A stretch of DNA of 16,947 nucleotides, taken from an uncultured archaeon (GTDB lineage Archaea; Asgardarchaeota; Lokiarchaeia; Sigyniarchaeales; SOKP01). The translations under genes were made by a program, and so were the position numbers. Positions 15,640-16,947 of this stretch are shown in pieces; position 1 is the stretch's first letter; each line of letters starts with the position of its first letter. The notes under the pieces were generated by a model that worked only from the letters and a program-made list of their open reading frames with translations, had not been told where the DNA came from and searched no databases. The stretch lies in NCBI GenBank assembly GCA_964388035.1, contig CAYLZE010000038.1, forward strand, positions 1-16,947. The letters are read 5' to 3'.

Positions 15640-16422
15640 TTGAAACAAATTGCTATTGCCTTAATCGCCTACAAGGAGGTTAATCTTACTTGGTTAAAGA
15701 AATTAAAAGAGAACTTCAAAGCTACCATTATTCTCTCTTTTGATGAACCAAAAAGTTGGATATTTACTAAATTTTGCGATAATTTTTTAGTTAATTCCCA
15801 ACATCTTGGATTTGGTAAAAATAGACGGATGTCCATGCTTTTAGCGAGCGAGTTTGGAGAATATTGCCTAATTACGGATGGAGATGGACAATTTCCTATG
15901 CCTTCATTGGAGAAGGTTCTGGATATATTACAGAGTGATCATTGGGACGTGGTAATTCCTCAAAGACAAAATCGGAGTCTAAAAATGGAATATAATGGAA
16001 AAATCGTGGATCGAATTAATTTTGAACGATTAGAGGCTATATGCGCCAAGAAAGTATTGAATAAAAATGATCTGGGAGATAATTTTGATGCTCAACCTGG
16101 ATTATATGGATTTAAAAGAAATTGCGTGCATTCTATTCTACCAAAAGATAAAGATTGGCTAGCTGATTTTGAAATCACTATAAATGCCATCCAAAAAACC
16201 AAACATGTTTTTACAAATGTGGAAATTGATGAAATGGTACAAGAAAAAACCACCTTTTCCATTGACAATCAACTGAAGAAATTTGAAAGAATTGCTCGGT
16301 GTTATAACATTAATATTGGAGAAATCTATGAACAGAATAGATTCTTATTTACTGAGTTTGAACAAGAAATAATGAAATTAATTCTCTCGAGATTAAAAAA
16401 AGAGTCGGATGTATCATATTAA
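15640..16422 (+). CDS. Glycosyltransferase family 2 (GT-A fold, Dol-P-Man synthase-like), divergent
   Basis: HLGFGKN, LITDGDGQFP (DxD), DVVIPQR, DAQPGLYGF, DFEI. No TM seen. Confidence 0.75.
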   Translation: MKQIAIALIAYKEVNLTWLKKLKENFKATIILSFDEPKSWIFTKFCDNFLVNSQHLGFGKNRRMSMLLASEFGEYCLITDGDGQFPMPSLEKVLDILQSDHWDVVIPQRQNRSLKMEYNGKIVDRINFERLEAICAKKVLNKNDLGDNFDAQPGLYGFKRNCVHSILPKDKDWLADFEITINAIQKTKHVFTNVEIDEMVQEKTTFSIDNQLKKFERIARCYNINIGEIYEQNRFLFTEFEQEIMKLILSRLKKESDVSY

Positions 16423-16659
16423 ATTTAAATAGAGAAAAATTAGGAATCTCCTCATCGATGAAATTCAAACGGCATGATATTAATGCTGAAACAACTAATT
16501 TATTATTCCAATCTTTTAAATATTTGAGTAGAAAATAAATATTTTTAAAAATATTTTAAAGATAACGAAGATAAACTGAACAAACTATATATTTTAAAAT
16601 CTTTAAGATTTTCTATTTTAAAGGGTATACTTTTTATAGGAAAAGGTATTTAGATAATT

Positions 16660-16947
16660 ATGGTGTTAGAACAATTATTTAGTCCTGAAAAAATTGGAAC
16701 ATTGGAAGTCAAGAATCGATTTGTACGATCAGCGACCTATATGAGAAAGGCAGAAAAATATGGGCAAATTGGTGAGAAGCATCTAAATTATTATCGCGAA
16801 TTAGCCAAAGGTGGTATGGGGCTCATCATAACTGGATTCATTTCAGTAGACATTAAAGGAACCGTTAGTCCAAATCAGCCTCTCTTGTCCGATGACTCAT
16901 TTATTTCGGGGCATCAGAAATTAGTGAAAGAAATACACGATAATGAT
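16660..16947 (+). CDS. Second NADH:flavin oxidoreductase (OYE family), 3'-truncated by the window edge; not in the ORF track
   Basis: Manual translation from ATG 16660: MVLEQLFSPEKIGTLEVKNRFVRSATYMRKAEKYGQIGEKHLNYYRELAKGGMGLIITGFISVDIKGTVSPNQPLLSDDSFISGHQKLVKEIHDND, open to the end. This is a typical OYE N-terminus. Confidence 0.92.
   Translation, partial: MVLEQLFSPEKIGTLEVKNRFVRSATYMRKAEKYGQIGEKHLNYYRELAKGGMGLIITGFISVDIKGTVSPNQPLLSDDSFISGHQKLVKEIHDND

Noticed and set aside
16458-16538. 26-aa ORF MKFKRHDINAETTNLLFQSFKYLSRK
   Set aside because: Short, with no recognisable motif; compatible with chance unless conservation or ribosome data support it.
1-16947. tRNA, rRNA, CRISPR arrays, IS elements
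   Set aside because: Intergenic regions are short and very AT-rich, with no GC-rich structured segments, regularly spaced repeats or transposase motifs visible.

Overview
AT-rich, gene-dense archaeal DNA, most consistent with an Asgard archaeon of the Lokiarchaeia type. This is inferred from a GPN-loop GTPase, TrmB and Lrp regulators, short leaders, and a surface protein with a longin-like cytoplasmic tail. There are 14 supportable CDS, two cut by the window edges; one of these (16660..end) is missing from the ORF track. Left half: a single-pass surface protein (beta-rich ectodomain, TM, longin-like domain, wHTH); an orphan beta-class DNA methyltransferase head-to-head with a nucleoside-deoxyribosyltransferase-like protein; then a GPN GTPase, a sugar-1-P nucleotidyltransferase and a soluble GIFT-domain protein resembling ciliary IFT52. 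Middle: a LeuA/homocitrate-synthase-family enzyme and an Lrp regulator. Right half: a putative catabolic cluster of a eukaryote-type (XYLB-like) xylulokinase, TrmB, an SDR, an SdhA-superfamily flavoprotein with an altered active site, a 4Fe-4S Old Yellow Enzyme, a GT2 and a second OYE. No rRNA, tRNA, CRISPR array or mobile element was recognised. All family calls come from motif recognition by eye, not database searches.
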